64,000 bases of DNA from OCS116 cluster bacterium AG-435-F03 (lineage in GTDB: Bacteria > Pseudomonadota > Alphaproteobacteria > MED-G09): contig QCOV01000001.1 of NCBI GenBank assembly GCA_003212795.1, positions 695,231 through 759,230 on the forward strand, given 5' to 3'. Shown here piece by piece: positions 29,279-39,425 of this stretch. The notes under the pieces are model-generated. The model saw only the letters and a list, made by a program, of their open reading frames with translations. It ran no database searches and was not told the DNA's origin. Position 1 is the stretch's first letter; every line of letters begins with the position of its first letter. Position numbers and translations under genes: made by a program.

Positions 29279-30694
29279 ATGAATTTTTTTTCAGGAGTTG
29301 TTTTGGTAAAAAACAGAAAAGAATCTGACTCTTTTGGTTATATAAATGTCCCAGCCAATGCATATTGGGGAGCGCAAACTCAAAGATCATTAAAAAACTT
29401 TGATATAGGTAATGAAGTTATACCAACCTCTATAATAAAAAGTTTAGGTATTATCAAACTTGCAGCTGCAAAAGTTAATTACGCACAAGGTAAACTTGAT
29501 AAAAAAATTAGTAATGCGATTGTAAAAGCTTCAAAAGAAGTTATTTCTGGAAAATTAAATGATCACTTCCCTTTGTCTGTATGGCAAACTGGATCAGGTA
29601 CTCAATCAAATATGAATGCTAACGAAGTTATTTCAAATCGAGCGATTGAATTACTCGGTGGGAAAAAAGGGTCAAAAACACCAGTGCATCCTAATGATCA
29701 CTGCAATATGTCTCAGTCATCAAATGATACTTTTCCAACAGCAATGCATATTGCATGCGCATTAGATACTAAAGAAAAATTACTTCCATCTCTTAAAAAA
29801 CTTTCCAATATACTTAAAACCAAGTCAGAAGAATTTAAAGATACAGTAAAAATAGGAAGAACTCATTTACAAGATGCTACACCTGTTACTCTTGGGCAAG
29901 AATTCTCTGGTTATTATACTCAAGTGGAAAAAGGGATCGAGCGCGTTAATAAATCTTTAGAAGATATAATGTATCTTGCTCAAGGCGGAACAGCTGTTGG
30001 CACCGGTATAAATTCAAAAAAAGGTTTTGATAAAAAATTTGCAAAAGAATGCAGTATATTTCTTAACATGAAATTTGAAACTGCTGATAATAAGTTTGAA
30101 GCTTTAGCAACTCATGATGCAATAGTTGAATTTTCTGGATCTTTAAACACATTATCGTCATCATTATTTAAAATTGCTAACGATATTCGACTTTTAGGCT
30201 CAGGTCCTAGAGCAGGTCTTGGTGAAATACAACTACCTGAAAATGAACCCGGATCTTCAATAATGCCTGGTAAAGTAAATCCTACTCAATGCGAAGCTAT
30301 GACAATGTTATGCGTTCAAGTGATGGGAAATCATTCAGCAATAACAATAGGCGGAAGTCAGGGTCATTTAGAATTAAATGTTTATAAGCCTATGATTGCC
30401 TATAATATTTTGCAGTCAATTAAATTATTATCGGATGGTTGTAATAGTTTTGTTAAAAATTGTATTTCAGGCATTAAGTTAAATAAAAAAATGATTGATT
30501 TACATCTTAATAATTCTTTAATGTTAGTCACATCATTAGCACCAGTAATTGGTTATGATAAAGCAGCTGAAATAGCAAAAAAAGCTCATAAGAATGGAAC
30601 AACCCTTAAGGAAGAGGCAATAAAATTAAAATATATCTCTGAAAAGGAATACGACAAGATAGTTCGTCCTGAAAAAATGATTAAGCCATCTTAA
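29279..30694 (+). CDS. fumC: Class II fumarate hydratase
   Basis: [11 protein letters not shown] signature and [23 protein letters not shown]-terminus. The ATG at 29279 is preferred because the track start at 29201 lies inside the tmRNA gene. Confidence 0.95.
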   Translation: MNFFSGVVLVKNRKESDSFGYINVPANAYWGAQTQRSLKNFDIGNEVIPTSIIKSLGIIKLAAAKVNYAQGKLDKKISNAIVKASKEVISGKLNDHFPLSVWQTGSGTQSNMNANEVISNRAIELLGGKKGSKTPVHPNDHCNMSQSSNDTFPTAMHIACALDTKEKLLPSLKKLSNILKTKSEEFKDTVKIGRTHLQDATPVTLGQEFSGYYTQVEKGIERVNKSLEDIMYLAQGGTAVGTGINSKKGFDKKFAKECSIFLNMKFETADNKFEALATHDAIVEFSGSLNTLSSSLFKIANDIRLLGSGPRAGLGEIQLPENEPGSSIMPGKVNPTQCEAMTMLCVQVMGNHSAITIGGSQGHLELNVYKPMIAYNILQSIKLLSDGCNSFVKNCISGIKLNKKMIDLHLNNSLMLVTSLAPVIGYDKAAEIAKKAHKNGTTLKEEAIKLKYISEKEYDKIVRPEKMIKPS

Positions 30695-30695
30695 G

Positions 30696-30914
30696 ATGGT
30701 AAATCAGATAAAAAAGACTGTAAGACTTAATGGTCATACAACTAGTCTTGCTCTAGAAAAAGAATTCTGGAAAGAACTTAATATTATTGCAAATGATCAA
30801 TCTTTATCGCTAAATAAATTAATAGAAAAAATAGATACAATTGAAAGAAAGGGAAGCCTAGCTTCATCGATAAGGGTTCATATATTAAAAACACTAAAAG
30901 ATCGAAACAATTAA
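30696..30914 (+). CDS. Ribbon-helix-helix (RHH_4-like) small DNA-binding protein
   Basis: 72 aa. The pattern VRLNGHTTSLALEKEFWKEL...SLNKLIEKID...LASSIRVHIL resembles the RHH_4 family. It lies 1 nt after the fumC stop and 1 nt before the uvrD start. Confidence 0.6.
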   Translation: MVNQIKKTVRLNGHTTSLALEKEFWKELNIIANDQSLSLNKLIEKIDTIERKGSLASSIRVHILKTLKDRNN

Positions 30915-30915
30915 A

Positions 30916-33150
30916 ATGACTAATAAAAACTTTGAAAAAGCAGAAATTTTTAAAAGATTAAATGAACCTCAAAGAGAAGCTGTTTATCACACTGAAGGGC
31001 CTATTTTAGTTTTAGCTGGCGCAGGTACTGGAAAAACAGGCGTTCTTACAACAAGATTAATCAGATTATTAATTGAAAAAATAGCGTTACCAGGTGAAAT
31101 TTTGTCAGTTACTTTTACAAACAAGGCTGCTAATGAGATGAAAGAAAGAATAAGCAATCAAATTGGTGATTTATCCTCTGGATTAAAATGGCTAGGTACA
31201 TTTCATTCAGTTGGAGCTCAAATATTAAGATTTCATCCTAATAAAGTAAGTTTAGAGAATGATTTTATAATTCTAGACACAGATGATCAGGTCCGACTTT
31301 TAAAGCAAATAATAAAAGATGAAAATATTGATGACAAAAGATGGCCAGCTAAACAATTACTTAATGTAATAGATAAATGGAAAAACAAAGGTTTGTATCC
31401 AGAAGATGTTTCAACTAAAGATGATGATTACTTTGCAAATGGTAAAGGTCATTTACTTTATAAAATTTATCAAGAGAGATTGAAGTATTTCAATGCAGTA
31501 GATTTTGGAGATTTAATTCTTGAATCAATCAGGTTATTTGAAAATAACCCAGATATTTTAGAAAGTTACCAAAAAAGGTTTAAATATATTTTAGTTGATG
31601 AGTATCAAGATACAAATGTTTCTCAATACAAGTTATTGAAGCTTTTGACTGGTCAGTATCAAAATATTTGTTGCGTAGGAGATGATGATCAATCAATTTA
31701 TTCTTGGAGAGGAGCAGAAATATCAAATATTTTAAGGTTCGAAAAAGATTTTCCTAATGCAAAAACGATAAGGTTAGAAGAAAACTATAGATCTACAGGT
31801 CACATACTTACTGCGGCATCAAAATTAATTGAAAATAATGACTCAAGACTAGGAAAAACATTATGGACTAATTCTGGTGAAGGAGAAAAAATAACTGTTA
31901 AATCAAATTGGGATGGGGAAGAAGAAGCAAGACAAATTACTTCAGAGCTAGAAAAACTATCTCTTAACAATTTTAACCTAGATGAAACAGCAATCTTAGT
32001 AAGAGCAAGCTTCCAAATGCGTGAATTTGAAGATAGATTCATAGCTGTTGGGCTACCTTATAAAGTAATTGGAGGTCCAAGATTCTATGAAAGAAAAGAA
32101 ATTAGAGATGTAAATGCATATTTAAGGCTTGCAACGCAGCCAAATGATAGTTTAGCTTTAGAAAGAATTATTAATACTCCTAAAAGAGGAATCGGTGAAA
32201 CTTCAGTAAAAAAAATTAGAGATCGCTCTAAAGAAAATAATTTACCTTTAATAGAGTCTATAAAAGAATTAATTGAAGAAAAGTCTTTCAAAGGTAAGAC
32301 GGCTGAATCCCTAAATAAATTGGTTAACCTTGTGTTTCATTGGAACCAGTTAATAAAAGAAGAAGATAAAGTTGAAATAGCAGAAGTGATAATTGAAGAT
32401 TCAGGATATCTAGAAATGTTAAGAAATGATAAATCACTTACCGCTGAAGGTCGTGTAGAAAATGTTTATGAATTATTTCGATCACTTGAACCATTCGAGA
32501 GCATAAAAGCGTATTTAGAGCATATTTCTCTTGTCATGGAAATAGACAGCAATCAACATGGGAAAAAGGTTAGTCTAATGACTCTCCATGCAGCTAAAGG
32601 CTTAGAATTTGATTATGTATTTCTACCTGGATGGGAAGAAGGGGTATTCCCAAATCAAAGAGCAATAGATGAAGGCGGACTAGAGGCTCTTGAGGAAGAA
32701 AGAAGGTTAGCTTATGTGGGTGTTACAAGAGCTAAGAAAAAAGCATCAATTTATTATTCCGCTAATCGTAGGATGCATAATCAATGGATATCATCAATTC
32801 CATCTAGATTTGTAACAGAACTACCCGAAGAAAATATTGAAACAGATTTATCTAATTATGCAGGTGAAAAAGAGTTATTTAAAGAACAAGAATATATTGA
32901 TTTTGATCAATCAGATTACGAAACACCTGGTTGGGAAAGAGCCAGGTTTGAGTCAAAGTCTAAGATTATCGATAATAAAACTACTGAGAATTATATTGTA
33001 AAAGATTCACCATTCGAATTAAATGAAAAAGTAACACATAAAAAATTTGGTAAAGGTAAAATTTTAAGTATCGATGGTAAAAAACTGACAATTAGTTTTG
33101 GATCAAACGGAACAAGAAAAGTTATGGAAAATTTTGTAGAAAAGATATAA
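30916..33150 (+). CDS. uvrD: ATP-dependent DNA helicase UvrD/PcrA family (SF1A)
   Basis: Motif I AGAGTGKTG, motif II DEYQDTN, TLHAAKGLEF, and VGVTRAK, with a C-terminal Tudor-like tail. Confidence 0.9.
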   Translation: MTNKNFEKAEIFKRLNEPQREAVYHTEGPILVLAGAGTGKTGVLTTRLIRLLIEKIALPGEILSVTFTNKAANEMKERISNQIGDLSSGLKWLGTFHSVGAQILRFHPNKVSLENDFIILDTDDQVRLLKQIIKDENIDDKRWPAKQLLNVIDKWKNKGLYPEDVSTKDDDYFANGKGHLLYKIYQERLKYFNAVDFGDLILESIRLFENNPDILESYQKRFKYILVDEYQDTNVSQYKLLKLLTGQYQNICCVGDDDQSIYSWRGAEISNILRFEKDFPNAKTIRLEENYRSTGHILTAASKLIENNDSRLGKTLWTNSGEGEKITVKSNWDGEEEARQITSELEKLSLNNFNLDETAILVRASFQMREFEDRFIAVGLPYKVIGGPRFYERKEIRDVNAYLRLATQPNDSLALERIINTPKRGIGETSVKKIRDRSKENNLPLIESIKELIEEKSFKGKTAESLNKLVNLVFHWNQLIKEEDKVEIAEVIIEDSGYLEMLRNDKSLTAEGRVENVYELFRSLEPFESIKAYLEHISLVMEIDSNQHGKKVSLMTLHAAKGLEFDYVFLPGWEEGVFPNQRAIDEGGLEALEEERRLAYVGVTRAKKKASIYYSANRRMHNQWISSIPSRFVTELPEENIETDLSNYAGEKELFKEQEYIDFDQSDYETPGWERARFESKSKIIDNKTTENYIVKDSPFELNEKVTHKKFGKGKILSIDGKKLTISFGSNGTRKVMENFVEKI

Positions 33151-33157
33151 TCAAAAT

Positions 33158-34936
33158 ATGAATGATCAAAATAAATTAACTAATTTAAGATCTTTAATGA
33201 GTAAAAATAATATTGACGGTTATTTTTTACCTCACGAAGATGAATTTTTAAGTGAATATCTACCTAAATATACAGAAAGACTTAAATGGCTGACAAATTT
33301 CTCTGGTTCGGCAGGTTTGGCTTTTATTGGGATTAAAAAAGCATCTTTATTTGTTGATGGTAGATATACAACCCAAGTAAAAGAACAAACAAATAACAAA
33401 ATATATAATTATGAGCACTTAATAAAACCGGGATTCTTAGATTGGTTAAAAAATAATCCCTTTAAAGTTAAGAAAATAGGTATTGATCTAAAGACCATAT
33501 CTTACGCAAACTATCAAACGCTAAAAAAAATCTCTTTTTCTCAAGAAATAGAATTAATAGAAACTAAAAATTTAATTGATCAATTATGGAAAAGAAAAAG
33601 AAATAATAAATCACTAGTTAAGAAGCATGAGATTAAGTTTTCAGGTATCACATCAAAAACAAAAATTGATAAAATTATCAAATCTCTGAAGAAAAATAAT
33701 GCGGATGCTCTGTTTGTTGCGCAACCTGAAAATGTATGCTGGACACTAAATATAAGAGCCCATGATCTTGATCATACTCCCATCTTAAGAAGTTGCTTAT
33801 TAATTGATAAAGAAAGAAATATTACATTATTTTCAGATAATATAAGTAATACCTCAAATATTAAAAAATGGATTGGAAATAAAATTAAGATATTAGAAAT
33901 AAGAAAAGTCGAAGATGTAATCAAAAATAAAAATTATAATAAAATTCAGTTTGATCCAAATTATACAACTCAATCACAGGCAAATATCCTAATTAAACAC
34001 TCTAATTCATTCGCATGTGTAAATGATCCAATTACACTTATGAAATCTTGTAAAAACAAAACTGAAGTTAATGGAGCAAGAAAAGCACACCTTATTGATG
34101 GAATTGCTTTAACTAAATTTATTTATTGGCTTGAAAATGAAGTAGATACTGATAAAAATAATTACTCTGAAATTAGTTTGGCCCAAAAATTATTAAAATT
34201 CAGAATGCTCAATAAAGATTTTAAAGGATTATCATTTGGAACAATATCTTCTCTAGGTTCAAATGGCGCTGTAATTCATTATCAACCTGAGAAAAGAACT
34301 AATAAAGAACTTAATGATAATGATATTTACCTTCTTGATTCAGGAGGTCAATATAAATATGGGACTACTGATGTTACAAGGACGATATTCAATAAAGGTC
34401 AAAAAAGATTAAAAAATTTCAATGAAGTTTCTTATAATTATACTCTTGTTCTTAAGGGTCACATAGCAGTAGCATCATCACATTTTAAAAAAGGTGAAAC
34501 TGGTAAAAATTTAGATTCAAAGGCAAGAAAATTTCTAATTAAAAATGGACTAAATTACGATCATGGGACTGGACATGGTGTAGGAAGTTATCTTGGTGTT
34601 CACGAAGGGCCTCAAAGTATATCCCCTAAGTCATCTGTTCCTCTTTTAGAGGGAATGATTATTTCAAATGAACCAGGGTTTTACAAACCTGGACATTATG
34701 GAATTCGTATAGAAAACCTTGTAACAGTTATTAAAAGTGATCATACTAATATGGATTTTTGCTTTGAAACTTTAACTTTAGCTCCAATAACAAAGTCATT
34801 AATTAACTTAGATATAATGACTAAAAAAGAAATTGATTGGATAAATAGCTATCATAAAAAAGTTTACAAAAAATTATCACCACACCTAAATAAAAAAGAA
34901 AAGAGTTGGTTGAAAATTGCTACTGAAGCAGTTTAA
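33158..34936 (+). CDS. Aminopeptidase P family (M24B) metallopeptidase, long form
   Basis: 592 aa with creatinase-like N-terminal domains and M24 metal-ligand blocks DSGGQY, TDVTRT, HGTGHGVG, and SNEPGFY. Confidence 0.85.
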   Translation: MNDQNKLTNLRSLMSKNNIDGYFLPHEDEFLSEYLPKYTERLKWLTNFSGSAGLAFIGIKKASLFVDGRYTTQVKEQTNNKIYNYEHLIKPGFLDWLKNNPFKVKKIGIDLKTISYANYQTLKKISFSQEIELIETKNLIDQLWKRKRNNKSLVKKHEIKFSGITSKTKIDKIIKSLKKNNADALFVAQPENVCWTLNIRAHDLDHTPILRSCLLIDKERNITLFSDNISNTSNIKKWIGNKIKILEIRKVEDVIKNKNYNKIQFDPNYTTQSQANILIKHSNSFACVNDPITLMKSCKNKTEVNGARKAHLIDGIALTKFIYWLENEVDTDKNNYSEISLAQKLLKFRMLNKDFKGLSFGTISSLGSNGAVIHYQPEKRTNKELNDNDIYLLDSGGQYKYGTTDVTRTIFNKGQKRLKNFNEVSYNYTLVLKGHIAVASSHFKKGETGKNLDSKARKFLIKNGLNYDHGTGHGVGSYLGVHEGPQSISPKSSVPLLEGMIISNEPGFYKPGHYGIRIENLVTVIKSDHTNMDFCFETLTLAPITKSLINLDIMTKKEIDWINSYHKKVYKKLSPHLNKKEKSWLKIATEAV

Positions 34937-37037
34937 ACATTTCGTTTTCATTAATTATTTTTACTTCAAGACTATTTGCCTTATCTATCTTAGAGTTTGT
35001 TGGTTTTTCTCCAGTAATAAGATAATTCGTATTTTTTGAAATACTTGAAACAACCTTACCTCCTAAAGACTCAATGCGAACTTTAGCCTCAGCTCTACTC
35101 ATACTTTCTAATGTTCCAGTTATAACAATTCTTTTTCCTGATAAAATACTATCAGTCTCAATTTTTTCATAATCTTGAATAGTTACTCCCATTTTAATTA
35201 AGTCATTTACTAAATTTAAAGTTTCTCTATTTTGAAAAAAATCTATCAAGGCATTTACTACTTTATCGCCAATACCATCAAGTGATCTTACCTCATCAAT
35301 TTCATCAAGCTTATGTAATTTAAAAACTGACACCATGTTATTAAAAGTAATAAAATGACTGGCTAGCAAGGATGCCGTGGAAGAGCCTAAATGCCTAATT
35401 CCTAATGAATAAATAAAACGATCAAAGTTGATATTTTTTTTATCATCGATCGCTTTAAAAAGTTTAATTGCGCTATCCTTAATAGTATTAATTTTAGATT
35501 TTGAACCAGATGAATAAACCCATATTTGAGGAGGATTTTTTCTATAAGTTTGCTCAAGAGAAAAAATATCAGTTGGATCTTTAATAATCCCCATATCAAA
35601 ATAGTCATTAATTTGCTTATCCCCTAATCCGTCAATATCGAAACCCTCTTTAGAAACAAAATGCTTCAGTCTTTCCTTAGCTTGCGAGGAACATGTAAAG
35701 CCTCCTGTACATCTAATATATTTTTCATAAGTTATTGCTCCTTTGTTTTCAGTTAATATTTCTCTATATGCATCTGAATTACAAACAGGGCAATTCTTAG
35801 GTACTTTTATTTCTTTGTTTTCTTTTTTTCTTTTTGATTTAATAACTTCAATAACTTGAGGTATTACATCTCCCGCTCTTTGAACCCATACAGTATCTCC
35901 AATTCGAATATCCTTTTTTTTGATGTCTTCATAATTATGCAAACTTGCATTTGAAACTAAGGCACCCCCGATATTTACAGGCTTCAATCTAGCCACAGGA
36001 GTTAGAACACCTGTTCTTCCAACTTGGATTTGAACATCTATAATTTCTGAAATAGCTTTCTCAGCTGGAAATTTATGCGCTATTGCCCATCGAGGATGAT
36101 GACCGGTCGATTGAAGTCTTTCCCTCCAATCTATTCTGTTTAATTTATATACAATACCATCAATATCGTAACCTAGGTCCATTCTTTTATCTAAAAGATT
36201 ATTGTAATATTTTTCTAAAGAATTAACTGACATATGTGTACTCGACTCTGGATTAGTTATTAATCCTAAATCATTGAAATAATTCATTATATCGCTATGC
36301 AAATTAAAATTATTATCAGAAAAAGTACCCCAACTAAATGCAAAAAATCTTAATGGTCTTTTTGATGTTTCTTTTGGGTCTAATTGCTTTAATGATCCTG
36401 CCGCTGCGTTTCTAGGATTCTTAAATATATCTTTACCGTCTTTTTTTTGTTTTTCATTAAGATCATTAAATTCGTCATGAGTTATATAAACTTCACCTCT
36501 TACTTCAAGTCGATCTGGGGCTAAATTTTTATTTAAAGATTTAGGAATATCAATTATTGTTCTCAAATTATCTGTAACATCTTCACCAAAAGCTCCGTCA
36601 CCCCTAGTTGCTCCTAAAATTAATTCTCCTTTGTCATATATAAGTGTTGCAGATAACCCATCAATCTTTGGTTCAGCAATAAATTCTATTTCTTCTTTAT
36701 CCTCAAGAAGTAAAAAATTCTTTAATCCATCAACCCAATTATTAACCTCATCTATATTTTTAGCATTTTGTATAGATAACATAGGAATCTTGTGCTGAAT
36801 TTTAGCAAAACCCTCTAAAGGCGCTGATCCAACTAAATCTGTAGGTGAATTGGTTTGTTTAAATTCAGGAAATTCTTTTTCAATTTCTATTGCTTCTCTT
36901 ACTAACTCATCGTACTCAGCGTCTGATATGGATGGATTATTATCTTGATGATACTTTTTATTGTGCTCAATTATCTGTTCATAAAGAGAATTTAATTTAG
37001 ATTGATTATCATTTTCCGAAACATTTGATTTTTTCAT
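34920..37037 (-). CDS. ligA: NAD-dependent DNA ligase
   Basis: Adenylation motif EPKIDGLS, a 4-Cys Zn finger (CPVC...CTGGFTC), HhH repeats, and a C-terminal BRCT domain. Confidence 0.95.
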   Translation of the reverse strand: MKKSNVSENDNQSKLNSLYEQIIEHNKKYHQDNNPSISDAEYDELVREAIEIEKEFPEFKQTNSPTDLVGSAPLEGFAKIQHKIPMLSIQNAKNIDEVNNWVDGLKNFLLLEDKEEIEFIAEPKIDGLSATLIYDKGELILGATRGDGAFGEDVTDNLRTIIDIPKSLNKNLAPDRLEVRGEVYITHDEFNDLNEKQKKDGKDIFKNPRNAAAGSLKQLDPKETSKRPLRFFAFSWGTFSDNNFNLHSDIMNYFNDLGLITNPESSTHMSVNSLEKYYNNLLDKRMDLGYDIDGIVYKLNRIDWRERLQSTGHHPRWAIAHKFPAEKAISEIIDVQIQVGRTGVLTPVARLKPVNIGGALVSNASLHNYEDIKKKDIRIGDTVWVQRAGDVIPQVIEVIKSKRKKENKEIKVPKNCPVCNSDAYREILTENKGAITYEKYIRCTGGFTCSSQAKERLKHFVSKEGFDIDGLGDKQINDYFDMGIIKDPTDIFSLEQTYRKNPPQIWVYSSGSKSKINTIKDSAIKLFKAIDDKKNINFDRFIYSLGIRHLGSSTASLLASHFITFNNMVSVFKLHKLDEIDEVRSLDGIGDKVVNALIDFFQNRETLNLVNDLIKMGVTIQDYEKIETDSILSGKRIVITGTLESMSRAEAKVRIESLGGKVVSSISKNTNYLITGEKPTNSKIDKANSLEVKIINENEMFKLLQ

Positions 37038-37042
37038 TTCGT

Positions 37043-37813
37043 TTACTGTAAAAAATCATTGATTAAATCATAGGTGCTTTCATACCATTCGCTATCTGGA
37101 AAGTTATAGCCTAATACTGCTGCGGTAGCTTTTGCTTCATTGATTAAGCCAAGTGAAATATATCCCTCAACTATTCTATGAAGCGCTTCTGGAGTGTGAC
37201 TAGTGTTCTGATACTCAGTTACAACATATCTAAATCTGTTAATAGCCGCCAGAAATGCACTTTGCTTCATATAGTATCGACCTATATACATTTCTTTTCC
37301 TGCTAAATGATCACGAGTTAAATCAATCTTTAGTTGCGCATCTCTGGCATAATCAGATTCTGGATAACGCCTTACTACCTCAGTAAAAGAATTTAGCGCT
37401 AAATCCGTTATTTTCTGATCTCGAGCAACATCCGAAATTCTTTCATAGTATGATTGACCTATTAAATAATAGGCATAAACAGCATGTCTATTACCTGGAT
37501 GCAAAGATATAAATCTTTGAGCAGATGAAATAGCTTCATCATATTTATTTTGAAGATAATAAGTGTAGGCTGACATTAACATTGAACGCCTTGCCCAAGA
37601 AGAGTAAGGGTGTTGTCTCTCTACTTCATCAAACTCATATGCTGCAGCCTGATATCTTCCATTTTCAAGATGGTATACAGCGTTATTATAAATAGCAGCT
37701 AGAGTCCTTTCACGATATTCTGGCCTTTCACTATCGCTTGCACATCCAAAAAGAAAAAATATTAAAGCAACGCTTATTAAGTTAACTCTATTTCTTTTAA
37801 ACAAAATTTTCAT
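37043..37813 (-). CDS. bamD: Outer membrane protein assembly factor BamD
   Basis: Lipoprotein signal with lipobox LFGC, and TPR-like repeats (YYLIGQSYY, YPESDYARDAQ). Confidence 0.85.
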   Translation of the reverse strand: MKILFKRNRVNLISVALIFFLFGCASDSERPEYRERTLAAIYNNAVYHLENGRYQAAAYEFDEVERQHPYSSWARRSMLMSAYTYYLQNKYDEAISSAQRFISLHPGNRHAVYAYYLIGQSYYERISDVARDQKITDLALNSFTEVVRRYPESDYARDAQLKIDLTRDHLAGKEMYIGRYYMKQSAFLAAINRFRYVVTEYQNTSHTPEALHRIVEGYISLGLINEAKATAAVLGYNFPDSEWYESTYDLINDFLQ

Positions 37814-37864
37814 AAAATGATTATATTATTAAATTTATAAAAGAGCTACATGTTGGTTGAAAAA

Positions 37865-38809
37865 TTAAGCCGTCAATAATTCTTTGTTACTATCAGCAAT
37901 AACTGAGTCATCTATTTCAAAAAACTCAAAAGATTCTTCATTATTAAATAACTCTTTCAAAAGAAGATTGTTCATATGATGGCCACATAAGTAACCTCTG
38001 TATTCACCTTGAATACGATATCCGGAAGTAAAAATATCCCCTACAGCGTCTAATAGTTTATGAACAACAAATTCATTTTCAAATCTTAATCCTTCAGAAT
38101 TTATAACTTCATTATTATCAATAATAATACAATTATCTAAACTTCCTCCAAGACCAAGACCTGACATTCTTAAAGCCTCAACATCTCTCATAAAACCAAA
38201 AGTTCTAGCATTGGAAACATTATCTTTAAAATTAAAGTTCTCAAGACTTATCGATGCCTCCTGCTTTCCAATTACTTTGTCTGAGAAATCAATTGAGGCA
38301 AAAAAATTCATATTGTTGCTGGGACTAAGAGAACATTTTTTTTCTCCATCAATAATCTCAATGTGCTTAGTAATTTTGAGAAATTTTCTTTTTTCTGATA
38401 ATTTTGATAATCCTGCATTTTCAATAAGATCAATAAACTGTTTTGAGCTTCCATCCATAATTGGGACTTCAGGACCATTAATTTCAATGTTAACATTATC
38501 AACTCCAGATCCTGATAAGGCAGCCATTAAGTGTTCAATTGTAGATATTTTACAATCGTTTTCATTTTTAATTGTAGTACACATATTTGTATCAGAAACA
38601 TTCTGATAGCTAGCTAAAATTGTTCTCTCAGCAATATCTCCTTCTATGTCTGTTCTGATAAATCTAATTCCTGAATTAGTATCTGAGGGCTTTAAGGTAA
38701 TCTCTATTAAATCACCTTTATGAAGACCAATACCAGATGTTGATATTGTATTTTTTATTGTTGTTTGCCATGGGTAAAAACCGGAAGCTGTTAGAAAATT
38801 ACAAGCCAT
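37865..38809 (-). CDS. lpxC: UDP-3-O-acyl-N-acetylglucosamine deacetylase
   Basis: TIEHLMAAL and HKLLDAVGD zinc/catalytic motifs, and GIGLHKGD near the N-terminus. Confidence 0.95.
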   Translation of the reverse strand: MACNFLTASGFYPWQTTIKNTISTSGIGLHKGDLIEITLKPSDTNSGIRFIRTDIEGDIAERTILASYQNVSDTNMCTTIKNENDCKISTIEHLMAALSGSGVDNVNIEINGPEVPIMDGSSKQFIDLIENAGLSKLSEKRKFLKITKHIEIIDGEKKCSLSPSNNMNFFASIDFSDKVIGKQEASISLENFNFKDNVSNARTFGFMRDVEALRMSGLGLGGSLDNCIIIDNNEVINSEGLRFENEFVVHKLLDAVGDIFTSGYRIQGEYRGYLCGHHMNNLLLKELFNNEESFEFFEIDDSVIADSNKELLTA

Positions 38810-38916
38810 TTTATTTCCACAATTAGATTAATACACTAGTTATCAGTGATAATTAAAGAATCCAAATCAAACTTTGTGTCTGTTTGTAACTTTATATATC
38901 AACATTAATTTAAATT

Positions 38917-39402
38917 TTATTTATTAATTTTCTGCCAATCTTCAAGTGGTTGATGAACAAAAACAGGTTTTTGGTTTTCTATTAAAGCTATTAACCCTGT
39001 AATCATATTATTTAGAGCAACACTTAAGGCTTCTGCTACATCATCTTCATTAAGTCTTTTGTCTGACTCTACTTTACCTGACCATCTAATTTCAGATTTA
39101 TTGCTATTGATAGGTATAATTTTTGCGACAACTACATAATCTTGCATGCCAACTGGTTTTCCATCTGTAAGCTTATATGAAAATGATAAATCTGTATCAC
39201 TATATGCAATTAATTCATGCTGAACATATCCTTGTGTAATTAAGTTAATATCTCTAATTGCTCCAACACCCTTACCTTTAACAGAAATTGTACTTTCACT
39301 TCCGCCCGGAACCCATCTGAGAACGCGATCGAAATGTTTCATTTCATCCCAAATTATTTCAGAAGGTATATCCGCAACTCGACTTATTTCAACAGTTTTC
39401 AT
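38917..39402 (-). CDS. SRPBCC (Bet v1/polyketide-cyclase-like) ligand-binding protein
   Basis: 161 aa with a START/Bet v1-like pattern (IWDEMKHFDRVLRWVPG...). No catalytic motif was recognised. Confidence 0.55.
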   Translation of the reverse strand: MKTVEISRVADIPSEIIWDEMKHFDRVLRWVPGGSESTISVKGKGVGAIRDINLITQGYVQHELIAYSDTDLSFSYKLTDGKPVGMQDYVVVAKIIPINSNKSEIRWSGKVESDKRLNEDDVAEALSVALNNMITGLIALIENQKPVFVHQPLEDWQKINK

Positions 39403-39425
39403 TTCAGAAAGTACTTTAGTTACTT

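Noticed and set aside
30696-30914. The RHH protein as the antitoxin of a toxin-antitoxin pair.
   Set aside because: No toxin-sized partner ORF is present. The neighbours are full-length fumC and uvrD.
30916-33150. The UvrD-like helicase as part of a defence system (Gabija-like or similar).
   Set aside because: It has canonical housekeeping UvrD length and motifs with a C-terminal Tudor-like tail. No nuclease or ATPase partner is adjacent.
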